Assembly: GCA_047285535.1 (NCBI GenBank)
Contig: JBJBDC010000001.1
Coordinates: 2,961,340 to 3,025,339, forward strand
DNA length: 64,000 bases
Direction of reading: 5' to 3'
Source: Synechococcus sp.
Lineage (GTDB): Bacteria; Cyanobacteriota; Cyanobacteriia; PCC-6307; Cyanobiaceae
Both the position numbers and the translations under genes were made by a program. This document shows, piece by piece, positions 8,164-18,772 of the stretch. Each line of letters begins with the position of its first letter. Within the stretch, counting starts at the first letter, position 1. Below the pieces are notes generated by a model. The model was not told the DNA's origin. It saw nothing but the letters and a program-made list of their open reading frames with translations, and did no database searches.

Positions 8164-9660
8164 TTAGGCTGGTTTTGTCAGAATGACAGAGAAACAGCTG
8201 CCTGAACCTTCTTTGCTTTCGACGCAAACATTTCCGCCCATGGCCGAGGTCAGCAACGTGACGACTGAAAGTCCAAGTCCCGTTCCACTGTTGTTACTAC
8301 TGTTTTTCCCCCTATAAAAACGCTTGAAGATATGGGGGAGATCGCTCGCTGGGATTCCAATGCCCTCATCTTTCACATCAATGGCGATGCCGTCTGTATG
8401 AGAATGAAGTATCAATGTGATCAGTGATTCCGCGTCTGAGTATTTCGCAGCGTTGTCAATTAAATCCATCAGTACTTGCTGGAGGCGTGCGGGATCTGCT
8501 AACGCGTTGCTGTTTTCGTCGCTCGGGATTGTGTTCAGCACTTCAATTCTGCGAGAAATAAGGTTGCTTTTGCTCAGATCAGCAACTTTTTGCACCAAAA
8601 CTGCGAGATCAACCACCTCTTGATTCAGCTGGAGTCGACCAGAATCACCTCGAGAGAGGTCCAGTAAGTCGTCGAGGAGCATGCGCATGCGGATGCTTTC
8701 TTCCTCTGCCGTTTGGAGTCCTCGACGCTCTTTGGCGGTGAGGCCTTCGCCGCGTTTAATGGTGCGATGTAGATAACCTTGAATAATCGTCAGTGGTGTT
8801 CGCAATTCATGGCTGACGGCACTGACAAACCGGCGTTGATCGCTCCAAGATAGGGCGAGACGTTCAATTAATTCGGAATAGGTTTTGGCGAGCTGACGAA
8901 CTTCCTTGGGGGCCGTTTTCATCTCTGGAATCGGATCTTGAGTGAGAGTTTCGGCGGTCAGTGAGGCACTGCGCTCACTAAGTTGCAGCAAAGGTTTCAC
9001 AATGCGCTTCACCAACACCGTGATGGTGATCAGCGAGAGTGACATGGATCCCACCCCAATCAAAATCATCCAGCTCAGAAATTCGTTTTGGATGCGGCTT
9101 GAGTCGTTGGTTGTTGTGATGCTCCAGAGACGTTCTCCAGTTGGGTAAGACTGAGTCAGCATGGTGAGGTACTCCTTGCCCTCGCTTTTAATGAGACTGG
9201 GATTTGTCGAGTTTTCATTATTGTTATGACTATCCATAGCAAGTTGCATGATTTCCCTTGGGATGGAACTGTGTCTGTCGGAGCTGTGGCCGGCAGCGGG
9301 CTCAAGAAGGGATCCATCGGCAAGCTCTAGCCAGTTGGCGCTACGAGTGGTGGAGTGGTCGCGAAGCTTTTGTTTTACTTTTGTTTGAGCTTTGGTGCTC
9401 CAATCGCTGGCTGAATGGCCTTCTCCTAACAGGCCATCCGATGCAAAGATGTTGATTAAATGGGCTGCATTCGTTCTTAATTCTGCTTCTGCAATGCGGG
9501 TTTGATTGCGATTGTTGAGCCATAACCCAGTGGTGGTCGCCCCTGTGAAACCGATCAACACTGCCGTGTAAGTGGCCAATTGAAGTTGGCCTCGAAGACT
9601 TCCGAGAATTCGAGAACGCCAGTGAGGCTCAGATGCCACGAAATCGGTCCCCGCAAACAT
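8164..9660 (-). CDS. Membrane sensor histidine kinase (HAMP-HisKA-HATPase)
   Basis: Canonical VSHELRTPLT, LIDNAAKYS, DEGIGI and GTGLGLS; two TM segments. Confidence 0.95.
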   Translation of the reverse strand: MFAGTDFVASEPHWRSRILGSLRGQLQLATYTAVLIGFTGATTTGLWLNNRNQTRIAEAELRTNAAHLINIFASDGLLGEGHSASDWSTKAQTKVKQKLRDHSTTRSANWLELADGSLLEPAAGHSSDRHSSIPREIMQLAMDSHNNNENSTNPSLIKSEGKEYLTMLTQSYPTGERLWSITTTNDSSRIQNEFLSWMILIGVGSMSLSLITITVLVKRIVKPLLQLSERSASLTAETLTQDPIPEMKTAPKEVRQLAKTYSELIERLALSWSDQRRFVSAVSHELRTPLTIIQGYLHRTIKRGEGLTAKERRGLQTAEEESIRMRMLLDDLLDLSRGDSGRLQLNQEVVDLAVLVQKVADLSKSNLISRRIEVLNTIPSDENSNALADPARLQQVLMDLIDNAAKYSDAESLITLILHSHTDGIAIDVKDEGIGIPASDLPHIFKRFYRGKNSSNNSGTGLGLSVVTLLTSAMGGNVCVESKEGSGSCFSVILTKPA

Positions 9661-9783
9661 TGCATTGACTTCGTCAAGTTTGCCAGCAGAACCAGCGAGA
9701 ATGAAATTGCATTTGTCAGCCTCTTTGTCTTGAGTTTTGCGGCCTCGCCCCTGGGAAGAGCACGCCCTACCCTTTCGGCCCGT

Positions 9784-10602
9784 ATGGCCCGTTGGGGACT
9801 TGTGATTGTGGGGATTTACATCGCAGTCGCCTTGCTAACGCCTGCTTTGATCAGTGTTGGTTTTCTTCCGGATCCGAATGCGGGTCTGGACAATGCGATC
9901 TATGCCCCGCCGTCTCCTCAGCATTGGTGTGGCACTGACCGACTGGGCCGCGATGTTTGTGTGCGCACACTTCAAGGAAGTGGTGTTGCTTTGCAGGTGG
10001 TGTTGCTGGCCGTCGTTTTTGCTTTGGTGGTGGGCGTCCCTATTGGCATGATCAGTGGCTACTTGGGTGGTGGAGTTGACCGGGTTTTTGTGCTGCTGAT
10101 GGACACCCTTTACACCTTGCCGGTGCTGTTGCTGGCTGTGGTGTTGGCGTTTCTAATCGGCAGAGGCATTCCGAATGCAGCGGCAGCGTTGTGTGTTGTC
10201 TACATCCCTCAATATTTCCGGGTGGTTCGCAATCAAACGGCCCAGGTGAAATCTGAGCTCTTTGTCGAAGCCGCACGAACCCTGGGAGCAGGTCCGATCT
10301 GGATTCTGCGCCGATATTTGCTGCGAAATGTGATTACTTCAGTCCCCGTGTTGCTCACGCTCAACGCTGCTGATGCTGTTTTGGTGCTGGGAGGTTTGGG
10401 GTTTCTCGGCTTAGGACTGCCCGAAACGGTGCCTGAGTGGGGGAGTGATCTGAATTTGGCGCTTGCTGCTGTGCCCACAGGGATCTGGTGGACGGCTTTG
10501 TATCCAGGTCTGGCGATGTTTGTGCTTGTGTTGGGCTTGTCCTTCCTTGGAGAGGGGCTTGAGGCTTGGGTGAGCAGTACAGGTCGCGACGCGGCAAACT
10601 GA
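9784..10602 (+). CDS. dppC: Peptide/nickel ABC transporter permease (DppC/OppC family)
   Basis: HWCGTDRLGRD; EAA loop FVEAARTLGA; PEWG. Confidence 0.9.
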   Translation: MARWGLVIVGIYIAVALLTPALISVGFLPDPNAGLDNAIYAPPSPQHWCGTDRLGRDVCVRTLQGSGVALQVVLLAVVFALVVGVPIGMISGYLGGGVDRVFVLLMDTLYTLPVLLLAVVLAFLIGRGIPNAAAALCVVYIPQYFRVVRNQTAQVKSELFVEAARTLGAGPIWILRRYLLRNVITSVPVLLTLNAADAVLVLGGLGFLGLGLPETVPEWGSDLNLALAAVPTGIWWTALYPGLAMFVLVLGLSFLGEGLEAWVSSTGRDAAN

Positions 10603-10621
10603 ACACAGATGTTTGCGCACC

Positions 10622-10882
10622 ATGCCTGTTTGGGCCACGATTTCTTTGCTTGGCCTGATGACCTATCTATGGGTGTCTGGGCGGTCCAACCCTGATGATG
10701 TCATCGGTCTGTTAGAGCAGATCTTGGCGATCACCCTTGGACTTGTGGTTCTTTTTATCGGTCGCAGTTTATTGCTGGAAGCGCTGGTGTTGGTGTTTGC
10801 TCTGCGGTTACCGGCTGCTCGTCGCAACCATCCCGTGGCGGCTCGTTCCAGGGCTGGAAAAGATATGTTGATTCCATTCTGA
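10622..10882 (+). CDS. Small membrane protein, hypothetical
   Basis: Hydrophobic ORF following dppC. Confidence 0.6.
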   Translation: MPVWATISLLGLMTYLWVSGRSNPDDVIGLLEQILAITLGLVVLFIGRSLLLEALVLVFALRLPAARRNHPVAARSRAGKDMLIPF

Positions 10883-10907
10883 TCCAAAGCCTGAACGCAC
10901 TTTTTGG

Positions 10908-11597
10908 TCAGTACCGCAGTTTGGTGGTGCGGGGTAGGTCTTCTTGGATGACTCCCTCATCGTTGAGTGGTGGATAGGGTCTGTTCTGGTCGCGACACCA
11001 AGACGCCACCTCCGGATAAGCCCATTCGAACAAAATGTTTTGGTAATCCTCTGCTGGGATGCCTTCCCCTGAAGATGGAGCAAGTCCAGCTGCTTCACGC
11101 TGGCGCAGTGCTTCAAATAAAAGGGTGGCGGTAGCCACAGAAACGTTGAGTGACTGCACCATTCCACGCATTGGAATAAAGAGATCTGTGTCCATCAACA
11201 TGGTGGCCTCTTCCGTTAATCCCCATTTCTCTGCTCCCAGCACAAAGGCGCTGGGACCCGTGAAGTCACAGTCTCGGTAATCGATCGCATTGACGCTCAG
11301 ATTGGTGCCATAGAGGTGAAAGCCCCTTGCTTTCAGCATTTGGACGGCTGAATGGATGCTGTGGTGGTCGCGCAAGGGCACCCATCGTTGACTCCCTTGT
11401 GCCGTACTGTTGTAGGTGCGCGAACGACCACTGAGGCTGACGGCATGGGCCTCGAGGACGCCAACGGCATCGCAGCTGCGCAGGATGGCGGAAAGGTTGT
11501 GGGGTTTGTCCACATGCTCGATCAGAACGGTGAGGTCGGACATGCGTTCGTTCAGTACCGCACGCAACCGCTCAAAACGGCGGGGAAGCAGGGGCAT
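10908..11597 (-). CDS. trmH: tRNA (guanosine-2'-O)-methyltransferase
   Basis: SPOUT motifs KPHNLSAILRSCDAVG, GAEKWG and IPMRGMVQSLNVSVA. Confidence 0.95.
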   Translation of the reverse strand: MPLLPRRFERLRAVLNERMSDLTVLIEHVDKPHNLSAILRSCDAVGVLEAHAVSLSGRSRTYNSTAQGSQRWVPLRDHHSIHSAVQMLKARGFHLYGTNLSVNAIDYRDCDFTGPSAFVLGAEKWGLTEEATMLMDTDLFIPMRGMVQSLNVSVATATLLFEALRQREAAGLAPSSGEGIPAEDYQNILFEWAYPEVASWCRDQNRPYPPLNDEGVIQEDLPRTTKLRY

Positions 11598-11727
11598 GAA
11601 ACCTTCGCTCTCTGGCTTTGAGGGTATGAGATGCCGATCCCAGTCACATTCGGACGCATCGTGACCCTGGCTCGGTCATTGATTCCTGGCTGTCATCCAG
11701 AACGATGGATGAGTTGCTACCACTTCC

Positions 11728-12051
11728 ATGACACGCGCTTCCTTCGCGGTTGCTCTAGTCCTGCTGTCTGCGCTACCAGCTTCTGCAAGGCCCTACAACG
11801 TCTACAACGATCATTCTGAGTATGTGAATCAGCGTTATGGGGGTTCCTCCCGCGATCAATTGGTTAGAGCTAATCGAAATATCTACGCTAACAATCAAGA
11901 CACCAACAGTTGCATCGAAGGCAGTGTGATCGGAGGGTTACTGGGTGCTGGGCTTGGCGCTGTTTTGTCTCGGGGAAATGGACGTTGGGTGGGTATTCCC
12001 GTGGGTGGTGCCGCCGGAGCTCTGCTCGGCTGCCAAGTCGATGGGGGTTGA
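11728..12051 (+). CDS. Secreted glycine-zipper protein
   Basis: Signal peptide plus GSVIGGLLGAGLGA...GGAAGALLG. Confidence 0.8.
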   Translation: MTRASFAVALVLLSALPASARPYNVYNDHSEYVNQRYGGSSRDQLVRANRNIYANNQDTNSCIEGSVIGGLLGAGLGAVLSRGNGRWVGIPVGGAAGALLGCQVDGG

Positions 12052-12063
12052 TGCATTCAACTC

Positions 12064-12267
12064 TTAGCGTTCTCCTGTAAAGCCGAAATTGGCCTCCAAG
12101 ATGGCTGCTTGCAAAAGAGTTTGCATATTTTGCAAATGCTCTTGGTCATGGGGGTCTCCTCCTGGCCAGCGTTCAAGTCGGTAGGAGACTGCATCGCACA
12201 GAAGTCTCAGATCTGCTGGATTTAAGGAAAGATCAATACGTACATCGTCATTATCTTGTGTTGTCAT
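12064..12267 (-). CDS. Small conserved-type hypothetical protein
   Basis: 67 aa with a LERWPGGDPHDQE motif resembling a picocyanobacterial small-protein family (recalled, not searched). Confidence 0.65.
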   Translation of the reverse strand: MTTQDNDDVRIDLSLNPADLRLLCDAVSYRLERWPGGDPHDQEHLQNMQTLLQAAILEANFGFTGER

Positions 12268-12460
12268 AAGCCTGGAAAGAACGTCTGATGTGTGAGGACA
12301 GAGTCGATCGCAACAATGAGTTTCCTGTTGATCAAGGCAATTGCGAGGTGATAGGTCCGGGCCTAAGACACGCTGGCTGATTCTGGGGGTGCATCACGCT
12401 GGGTCGCAAGGAGCACTCAGTTGATGGAGATTAAGAGCATCTGTGCATCCAAGCAGCGAG

Positions 12461-12814
12461 ATGAGATTTGATGAGCGCGTTTGGCAAGCGGTCAGCTTGA
12501 TACCGCCTCGTCATGTGGCCACCTATGGCCAGGTGGCCGACTGGATCGACGCTTGGGGGGCTGCTCGTCAGGTGGGATGGGCTCTGCGCCGGCTGACCTT
12601 GCCTTCGAAAGTGCCCTGGCACCGCGTGGTGAATGCGCAGGGGCGTATCTCTATGTGTCTCAGTCGAGAAGGCTCTGATTGGATGCAGAGGGAGCTTTTG
12701 ATTGCAGAAGGAATCCCTGTGGATGAGGAAGGCAGGCTCCCTCTGAAGGAATTTCTCTGGACACCAGACTTAGAAGTTCTGGCTCTGGAATTCAAGAAAA
12801 AGACTGATCCTTGA
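12461..12814 (+). CDS. Alkyltransferase-like (ATL/MGMT family) DNA repair protein
   Basis: ATYGQVA, ARQVG and PWHRVVN (Trp in place of the catalytic Cys). Confidence 0.9.
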   Translation: MRFDERVWQAVSLIPPRHVATYGQVADWIDAWGAARQVGWALRRLTLPSKVPWHRVVNAQGRISMCLSREGSDWMQRELLIAEGIPVDEEGRLPLKEFLWTPDLEVLALEFKKKTDP

Positions 12815-13139
12815 AGTGCTAGCCATGAGTCTCAGCAGTTGATGATTCGTAGGCTTTTGCAGATTTGACCACGTTCTGTTGCCAATCGTTACCTTGCTGG
12901 CCTGTTTTATGTCGTGAGGCCGTCTTCATCGTCCTTTCTTCTTGTTCAGATTGTTGGCTTGCGAACCTTGTTTGATGACAATGTCAACCATTGACAGTGA
13001 CGAACCACAAGTAACAACACCATGCACAGATTTGTGGGATGTTGATCCGTGGAGGCCATCCCTACAAGGCCTGTGATCCGTTCATAGTGATGCGAAGAGA
13101 GACGTATCGCTATGGCCAAAATGGCTGTCAAACCGGTCC

Positions 13140-14474
13140 ATGCCTAAGGAGGCTGCCAAGAGTGGATTGCCTGCTCGGCGTTTGGCCTGGGGGGTGTTGG
13201 AGGCTGTTGCTGCTGGTGCTTATGCCGATGTGGCCTTAGAGCGGGCCCTGCGCCAGCATCGGTTGTCTCCAGCAGATCGTGGTTTGACCACAGAGCTGGC
13301 CTATGGATGTATTCGATGGCGTCAATGGTTGGATGGCTGGCTGAATCGTCTCGGTAAAATTCCAGCTCACCAACAGCCTCCACGGTTGCGTTGGCTGTTG
13401 CATCTGGGCCTTTACCAGTTGCTGCGAATGCAGCGCATCCCTGCTGCAGCGGCAGTGGACACCACAGTGGAGCTTGCCAAGCGTCACGGCTTCTCTCGGT
13501 TATCAGCGGTTGTGAATGGTGTGCTTCGGTCGGCGCTTCGCGCTAAGGATGCGGGCGAGACGTTGCCATGCCCTGAACAACCTGCAGAACGAATGGCGTT
13601 ATGTCATTCGCTTCCCGTTTGGTTGACTGAAAACCTCTTGGAGTGGTTTGAACCGGATCAGGCTGAACGTGTTGCTATCGCATGCAATCAAGTTCCTCCA
13701 TTGGATCTACGCGTCAATCGCTTGCGCAGAACGCCTGATGCGGTGGCGGCTGCATTGGCAGAAGCTGGGGTGCCCACCCAGCCGATTGATGGATCCCCAG
13801 ATGGCTTGCAGGTGCTTGCACCTGCAGGGGATCTACGGCTTTGGCCGGGCTTTGAACAGGGGCATTGGAGCGTGCAGGATCGATCTGCTCAGTGGGTGGC
13901 TCCGCTGTTGGCTCCTCAGCCTGGTGATCGGATTCTTGATGCTTGCGCTGCTCCTGGTGGAAAGGCGACCCATCTTGCGGAACTGATTGGGGATGTTGGT
14001 GAGATCTGGGCGGTGGATCGTTCGGCTGGCCGTTTGAAAAGAGTGGCGATGAATGCATCACGTTTGGGCTGTGGCTGCATCAAAGCGATGGCCGCTAATG
14101 CGGCCGATTTGCTTGAGCGACAGCCCGACTGGCTTGGATCCTTTCAGCGCATCTTGCTTGATGTTCCTTGCTCCGGACTGGGGACCCTGTCCCGTCATCC
14201 AGATGCGCGTTGGCGCGTGACGGCAGAGACTGTGGAGGAGCTTCTACCCCTGCAAGCGCGCTTGTTAGACGCAATGTTGCCATTGCTGGCACCTGGTGGG
14301 CGATTGGTTTACGCAACCTGCACGATTCATCCAGCAGAGAATTGTGCCCAAGTCCAAAGGTTTCTTCACGACCACATGGACTTTCATTTGCTATCCGAGC
14401 AGCAGAGCTGGCCTGATCCTGAAGGCGGCGATGGTTTTTATGCTGCGGTCATCACTGCACCGGCAAAGGCCTGA
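13140..14474 (+). CDS. rsmB: 16S rRNA m5C967 methyltransferase
   Basis: NusB-like N-terminus; DACAAPGGK, LLDVPCSG, YATCT. Confidence 0.95.
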   Translation: MPKEAAKSGLPARRLAWGVLEAVAAGAYADVALERALRQHRLSPADRGLTTELAYGCIRWRQWLDGWLNRLGKIPAHQQPPRLRWLLHLGLYQLLRMQRIPAAAAVDTTVELAKRHGFSRLSAVVNGVLRSALRAKDAGETLPCPEQPAERMALCHSLPVWLTENLLEWFEPDQAERVAIACNQVPPLDLRVNRLRRTPDAVAAALAEAGVPTQPIDGSPDGLQVLAPAGDLRLWPGFEQGHWSVQDRSAQWVAPLLAPQPGDRILDACAAPGGKATHLAELIGDVGEIWAVDRSAGRLKRVAMNASRLGCGCIKAMAANAADLLERQPDWLGSFQRILLDVPCSGLGTLSRHPDARWRVTAETVEELLPLQARLLDAMLPLLAPGGRLVYATCTIHPAENCAQVQRFLHDHMDFHLLSEQQSWPDPEGGDGFYAAVITAPAKA

Positions 14475-16482
14475 AGAACTCATCCACTGGTGGTCCGCCA
14501 GCAGGACTCACATATCGGGGAGTTGGGGCAGGTGCAGGTGCTGATGAGTCTCCCAAGGAATTGGGGTCCGCATCCAATAGATCACGATCCGGAGGTGGAC
14601 CATCTCCAGGGATGGGGTTATTCGGGCTGCTTGGTTTCGCTGACCCAGGTCGTCGTACTAACGGCCGTGTGAGCTTGGGCTTGGGTGGAAATTTCTGAAC
14701 AGGAAACTCGCCCTTGATCTGATTCATGAACTGCTTCCAAGCCCATGCAGACTCGCCACTGTTGCTTTTCGTCTCTGCATTGTTGTCATGCCCAAACCAA
14801 ACGGCAGTGGTGAGCTGTGGAATGGAGCCGATGAACCAGAGATCACGCCCCCCCTCAGAAGTGCCAGTTTTTCCTGCCACCGGTCGATCATCGAGCTTTG
14901 CGGCAACTCCAGTGCCACCAGTCACGACCCGCTGAAACATCCAGTTCATGGTATCGGCCACCTCACTATCCATGGCTCGTCTTCCTCGCTCGCCATCGAG
15001 TCTGCGGCTCCATAGCACTTCGCCGCCAGGACCTCGGATCTCTTCAAAAGCGGTGGGTTTCACATACACACCGCGGTTGGCGACAGCGGAATAGGCGGCT
15101 GTCATGTCCAAAACGGTTTGTTCATATGCGCCGATCGCCATCGGGTAATAGCGACCCAGAGGGCGTTCGTTGCCGATACCGAGCTGATTGGCCATGGCAA
15201 TGATTGGGTCAAATCCCACCTTGTCTTGCAATTGAACGGCAACTGTATTGAGAGAGTTCTTCAGGGCATCGGCGAGAGAAATCCTTCCAAAATATTTTTT
15301 CCCAAAGTTTTTAGGGCAGTAACCGTTCCAGCAGCGCGGCTTGTCTATAAAAATATCTTCCGGTTTCACTCCGGCATTAATTGCTGCGCTGTAAGGAAAA
15401 AGTTTAAAGGTGGAACCAGGAGATCTCAGTGCCTGTGTGGCGCGGTTGAACTGGCTGGAGTAAAAGTTTTTCCCTCCAACCATTACGCGCACCAATCCAG
15501 TACCAGGAGCAATCGAGACAATGACTCCTTCCGTTCCATTGGGCGCGATCTCACGCACGACTTTCTGAGCTTTACGCTGCCAATCAAGATTCAGGCTAGT
15601 TCGAATATTTAGGCCTCCTACCTCAAGTTGCTCTGGGGTGAGCAATGTGGGTAATTGCTGGGCGACCCAGGTTGTGAAATAAGGAGCAGTGCTGTTGAAG
15701 TACTTGGGTACAGCAGGTTTGAGTGCCAGTTGGCTATTGCGGGCCTCTTCCTCCTCTGCTTTGGTGATGAATCCTGCCTGCTCCATGCGGCTGAGAACAA
15801 TGCTTCTCCGCTGCAGGGCAATTTCGGGATTCACCAGGGGGGAATAAAGCGAGGGGGCTGGTGGCATGCCAGCGATTAGAGCTGCTTCTGGGAGGGTTAG
15901 CTCTTCTGGTTGCTTAGAGAAATAAACCCATGCAGCATCAGACACTCCATAAGCACTGGATCCGAGATAGACATAATTGAGATACTGCTCAAGGATCTGT
16001 TCTTTGCTCAGTTGGCGCTCGAGTTTGTAGGCCAGGGCGGCTTCTTTGAGTTTGCGTGTGATCGTTCTGTCTTGGCTCAGAAAGACAGTTCGGGCCAGTT
16101 GTTGGGTGATCGTGCTCGCCCCTTCTCGAACAGAGCCTTGCTTCAAATTGGTCAGGATCGCTCGCCCTACTCCCCAGAGATCAACGCCGTCGTGGTCATA
16201 GAAACGGCGATCTTCAGCTGCGATGAAAGCTTGCCTCACGAGCTGGGGCATTTGGCCTGGCTTGATCTTTTCTCGGGTGGCTGGCCCCAGTTTTTGGATC
16301 ACTTCTCCAGTACTGGAGAGAAGATTGATCGTGCCGGGCCTGTTGAAAAGATTGATGCCTCTTGCATCTGGCAAGGTGGCATCGATCGCTCGGGTAATGG
16401 CTGCCTGTCCGAGTGCAGCTCCACTCCCAATCGCAACGGCGACGCCTGCGATCAGAATCCAGTGACGACGTTTGCGAGTCAA
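14452..16482 (-). CDS. Class A penicillin-binding protein (PBP1A family)
   Basis: Transglycosylase EDRRFYDHDG and GASTITQQL; transpeptidase STFK, SLN and KTG. Confidence 0.95.
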   Translation of the reverse strand: MTRKRRHWILIAGVAVAIGSGAALGQAAITRAIDATLPDARGINLFNRPGTINLLSSTGEVIQKLGPATREKIKPGQMPQLVRQAFIAAEDRRFYDHDGVDLWGVGRAILTNLKQGSVREGASTITQQLARTVFLSQDRTITRKLKEAALAYKLERQLSKEQILEQYLNYVYLGSSAYGVSDAAWVYFSKQPEELTLPEAALIAGMPPAPSLYSPLVNPEIALQRRSIVLSRMEQAGFITKAEEEEARNSQLALKPAVPKYFNSTAPYFTTWVAQQLPTLLTPEQLEVGGLNIRTSLNLDWQRKAQKVVREIAPNGTEGVIVSIAPGTGLVRVMVGGKNFYSSQFNRATQALRSPGSTFKLFPYSAAINAGVKPEDIFIDKPRCWNGYCPKNFGKKYFGRISLADALKNSLNTVAVQLQDKVGFDPIIAMANQLGIGNERPLGRYYPMAIGAYEQTVLDMTAAYSAVANRGVYVKPTAFEEIRGPGGEVLWSRRLDGERGRRAMDSEVADTMNWMFQRVVTGGTGVAAKLDDRPVAGKTGTSEGGRDLWFIGSIPQLTTAVWFGHDNNAETKSNSGESAWAWKQFMNQIKGEFPVQKFPPKPKLTRPLVRRPGSAKPSSPNNPIPGDGPPPDRDLLDADPNSLGDSSAPAPAPTPRYVSPAGGPPVDEFFRPLPVQ

Positions 16483-17432
16483 ATTCCCTGAGCCAGGGAA
16501 CTATGGCCGATCGCCAAGGCTGTTACCAGCATTCCAAGGACAAGAAATGGCTGGGCGCTTGCCTGATATTTGACGTCGTACTCCACGGGGTCTCGAAGCA
16601 GCCAGATGTCTTGAAAAGTGATCTGAGGCACGATCAACAAGACCAACAACACAGCTGCGAAATGCTGCCCGATCGCCATCAGAACCGCAACCATGAGGAG
16701 TTGGAAGATATCGATCATCCCAGCGCTGATCCAGCTTGCGGGCCCAATTCCAAATGCGACTGGGAGTGACTGAAGGCCGAGGGCGCGATCCCCTTCAACG
16801 CTTTTGAAGTCATTGACCACAGCAATACCTAATCCAGCAAGGCTGTAGGCAAGCGTGAGTAGAGCGGTCGCCCACGTGAGTTGCCCGAAGAGGGCTTGTC
16901 CAGCCCACCATGGAAGAGCGATGTAACTGGCACCAAGGGCGTAATTGCCAAGCCATCCGTTTTGTTTCAACTTGAGCGGAGGTGCTGAATAGATGAAGCT
17001 CACCAACGAGCCTCCAAGGGCGAGCAGAAGTAAGACAGGAGTGGTGTGACCTGCCCAGAGATCTAAACCCCAGGCCACAGCCAGGCCGAAAATCAACAGC
17101 GTCAAGATCTGAACTTTGACTTGGCCTAAACCAATGGCACCTGAGGGGATTGGGCGATAGGGCTCATTGATGGCATCGATCTCCCGGTCGTAATAGTCGT
17201 TGATGGTTTGGGTGTAGCCGGCAAGAAGAGGGCCACTCATCACCATGCAGGCGAACGCCGCAAGAACATGGTCTAAGCGCCATTCATAGTTACCACTTGC
17301 TGCAGCGCCACAAACCACACCCCAAATCAAAGGGATCCAAGTGACTGGTTTCATCAGCTGCAGTCGCAGCTTCCAAGTGTTGGAGGTGCCACTGGCACCT
17401 TTCATTCCCAGCAGCTGACGGGCGTCACTCAC
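16479..17432 (-). CDS. chlG: Chlorophyll synthase
   Basis: MKPVTWIPL, INDYYDREIDAINEPYRPIPSG, NDFKSVEGDR. Confidence 0.97.
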   Translation of the reverse strand: MSDARQLLGMKGASGTSNTWKLRLQLMKPVTWIPLIWGVVCGAAASGNYEWRLDHVLAAFACMVMSGPLLAGYTQTINDYYDREIDAINEPYRPIPSGAIGLGQVKVQILTLLIFGLAVAWGLDLWAGHTTPVLLLLALGGSLVSFIYSAPPLKLKQNGWLGNYALGASYIALPWWAGQALFGQLTWATALLTLAYSLAGLGIAVVNDFKSVEGDRALGLQSLPVAFGIGPASWISAGMIDIFQLLMVAVLMAIGQHFAAVLLVLLIVPQITFQDIWLLRDPVEYDVKYQASAQPFLVLGMLVTALAIGHSSLAQGI

Positions 17433-17443
17433 GACTTCAATCC

Positions 17444-17665
17444 TCAGACTGGCGCGATTTCGTCTTCGAAGAACCAGCTGGTCGAGCCATCACTGAGCTG
17501 AATCACCACGCCGATTCCTTGTCCGTCAACAGTCCGAAACTCAATTACGGTGCCGGAGGAATCTTTTTTGAGAAGCTCTACGAGTGCAGCAGGAATGCGA
17601 TCTCGGACTCGGGTGACTCGGACCTTTGAACCGATGTCGATCGTGACTGACGTCTGTTGTGACAT
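17444..17665 (-). CDS. petP: Cytochrome b6f subunit PetP (DUF2862)
   Basis: [13 protein letters not shown]...DGQGIG...WFFEDEI; upstream of chlG. Confidence 0.85.
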   Translation of the reverse strand: MSQQTSVTIDIGSKVRVTRVRDRIPAALVELLKKDSSGTVIEFRTVDGQGIGVVIQLSDGSTSWFFEDEIAPV

Positions 17666-17719
17666 GGCCTGCAAGGCTTGAGAAGTGGCCGCAACCCTAA
17701 CAGCCTATTTTCAACTGAC

Positions 17720-18508
17720 ATGGTCGCTCTTCGTTTGATTCCTTGCCTCGACGTGGCTAATGGCCGGGTGGTGAAAGGTGTCAATTTTGTTGGCCTGCGC
17801 GATGCAGGCGATCCGGTGGAACTGGCCTGTCGTTACAGCGAGGCCGGAGCCGATGAACTGGTGTTCTTGGATATTGCTGCCAGCCATGAGGGGCGAGCCA
17901 CATTGGTTGATTTGGTGCGTCGAACCGCTGCCAGTGTGACCATTCCCTTCACGGTGGGGGGTGGAATCGGTTCTGTGGAGGGGATCACGGAACTGTTGCG
18001 TGCTGGTGCTGACAAGGTGAGTCTCAACTCATCGGCTGTGCGACGTCCTGAACTGGTGTCAGAGGGGGCCGAGCGTTTTGGCTGCCAGTGCATCGTTGTC
18101 GCGATTGATGCGAGGCGTCGGTTGAGTGGCGGTTGGGATGTTTATGTCAAAGGTGGCCGTGAAAACACAGGCTTGGATGCGGTGGACTGGGCGCGTCAAG
18201 TTGCTGCGTTTGGCGCAGGAGAGATTCTTCTGACATCGATGGATGGAGATGGAACCCAAGCGGGTTACGACCTAGCACTGACGCGAGCGGTGGCTCAGGC
18301 TGTTGGGATTCCCGTGATTGCCTCTGGTGGGGCCGGATGTCTGGATCACATCGAAGCCGCTCTCGACTCTGGGCCAGGGGGAGGGCATGCATCGGCGGCT
18401 TTGCTGGCGTCACTCCTTCATGACGGCGTACTTACCATTGAGCAAATCAAGCAGCATCTGCAAAGCAGTGGACTGCTGATCAGACCCATAGAGGCTGAGA
18501 TGTCTTGA
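17720..18508 (+). CDS. hisF: Imidazole glycerol phosphate synthase cyclase subunit
   Basis: RLIPCLDV...[22 protein letters not shown]. Confidence 0.97.
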   Translation: MVALRLIPCLDVANGRVVKGVNFVGLRDAGDPVELACRYSEAGADELVFLDIAASHEGRATLVDLVRRTAASVTIPFTVGGGIGSVEGITELLRAGADKVSLNSSAVRRPELVSEGAERFGCQCIVVAIDARRRLSGGWDVYVKGGRENTGLDAVDWARQVAAFGAGEILLTSMDGDGTQAGYDLALTRAVAQAVGIPVIASGGAGCLDHIEAALDSGPGGGHASAALLASLLHDGVLTIEQIKQHLQSSGLLIRPIEAEMS

Positions 18509-18561
18509 CGTAGATGATGCCTTTTTAAGGTAATTTTTGTTTGAATGTTGCTCCGCTAGCA

Positions 18562-18762
18562 ATGACTCGCCAACAGGCGTTGCCTATTGGAATTGTGTTG
18601 GTTGTTGTGGTCATCATATTGATTGCATGGGCATTGCAGTTGATGCAATCTGCCTTGGATCAGAGAGAATTTTCGTTGATGCTCGCCGGTTGTTTGGTTT
18701 GTTCAGCTGCAGTTGGTCTGGCCACCGTGATGTTGATCACCTTTAACGGATTGATTCTTTGA
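18562..18762 (+). CDS. Small two-TM hypothetical protein
   Basis: Hydrophobic ORF between hisF and menG. Confidence 0.6.
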   Translation: MTRQQALPIGIVLVVVVIILIAWALQLMQSALDQREFSLMLAGCLVCSAAVGLATVMLITFNGLIL

Positions 18763-18772
18763 GCTTCTTCTC

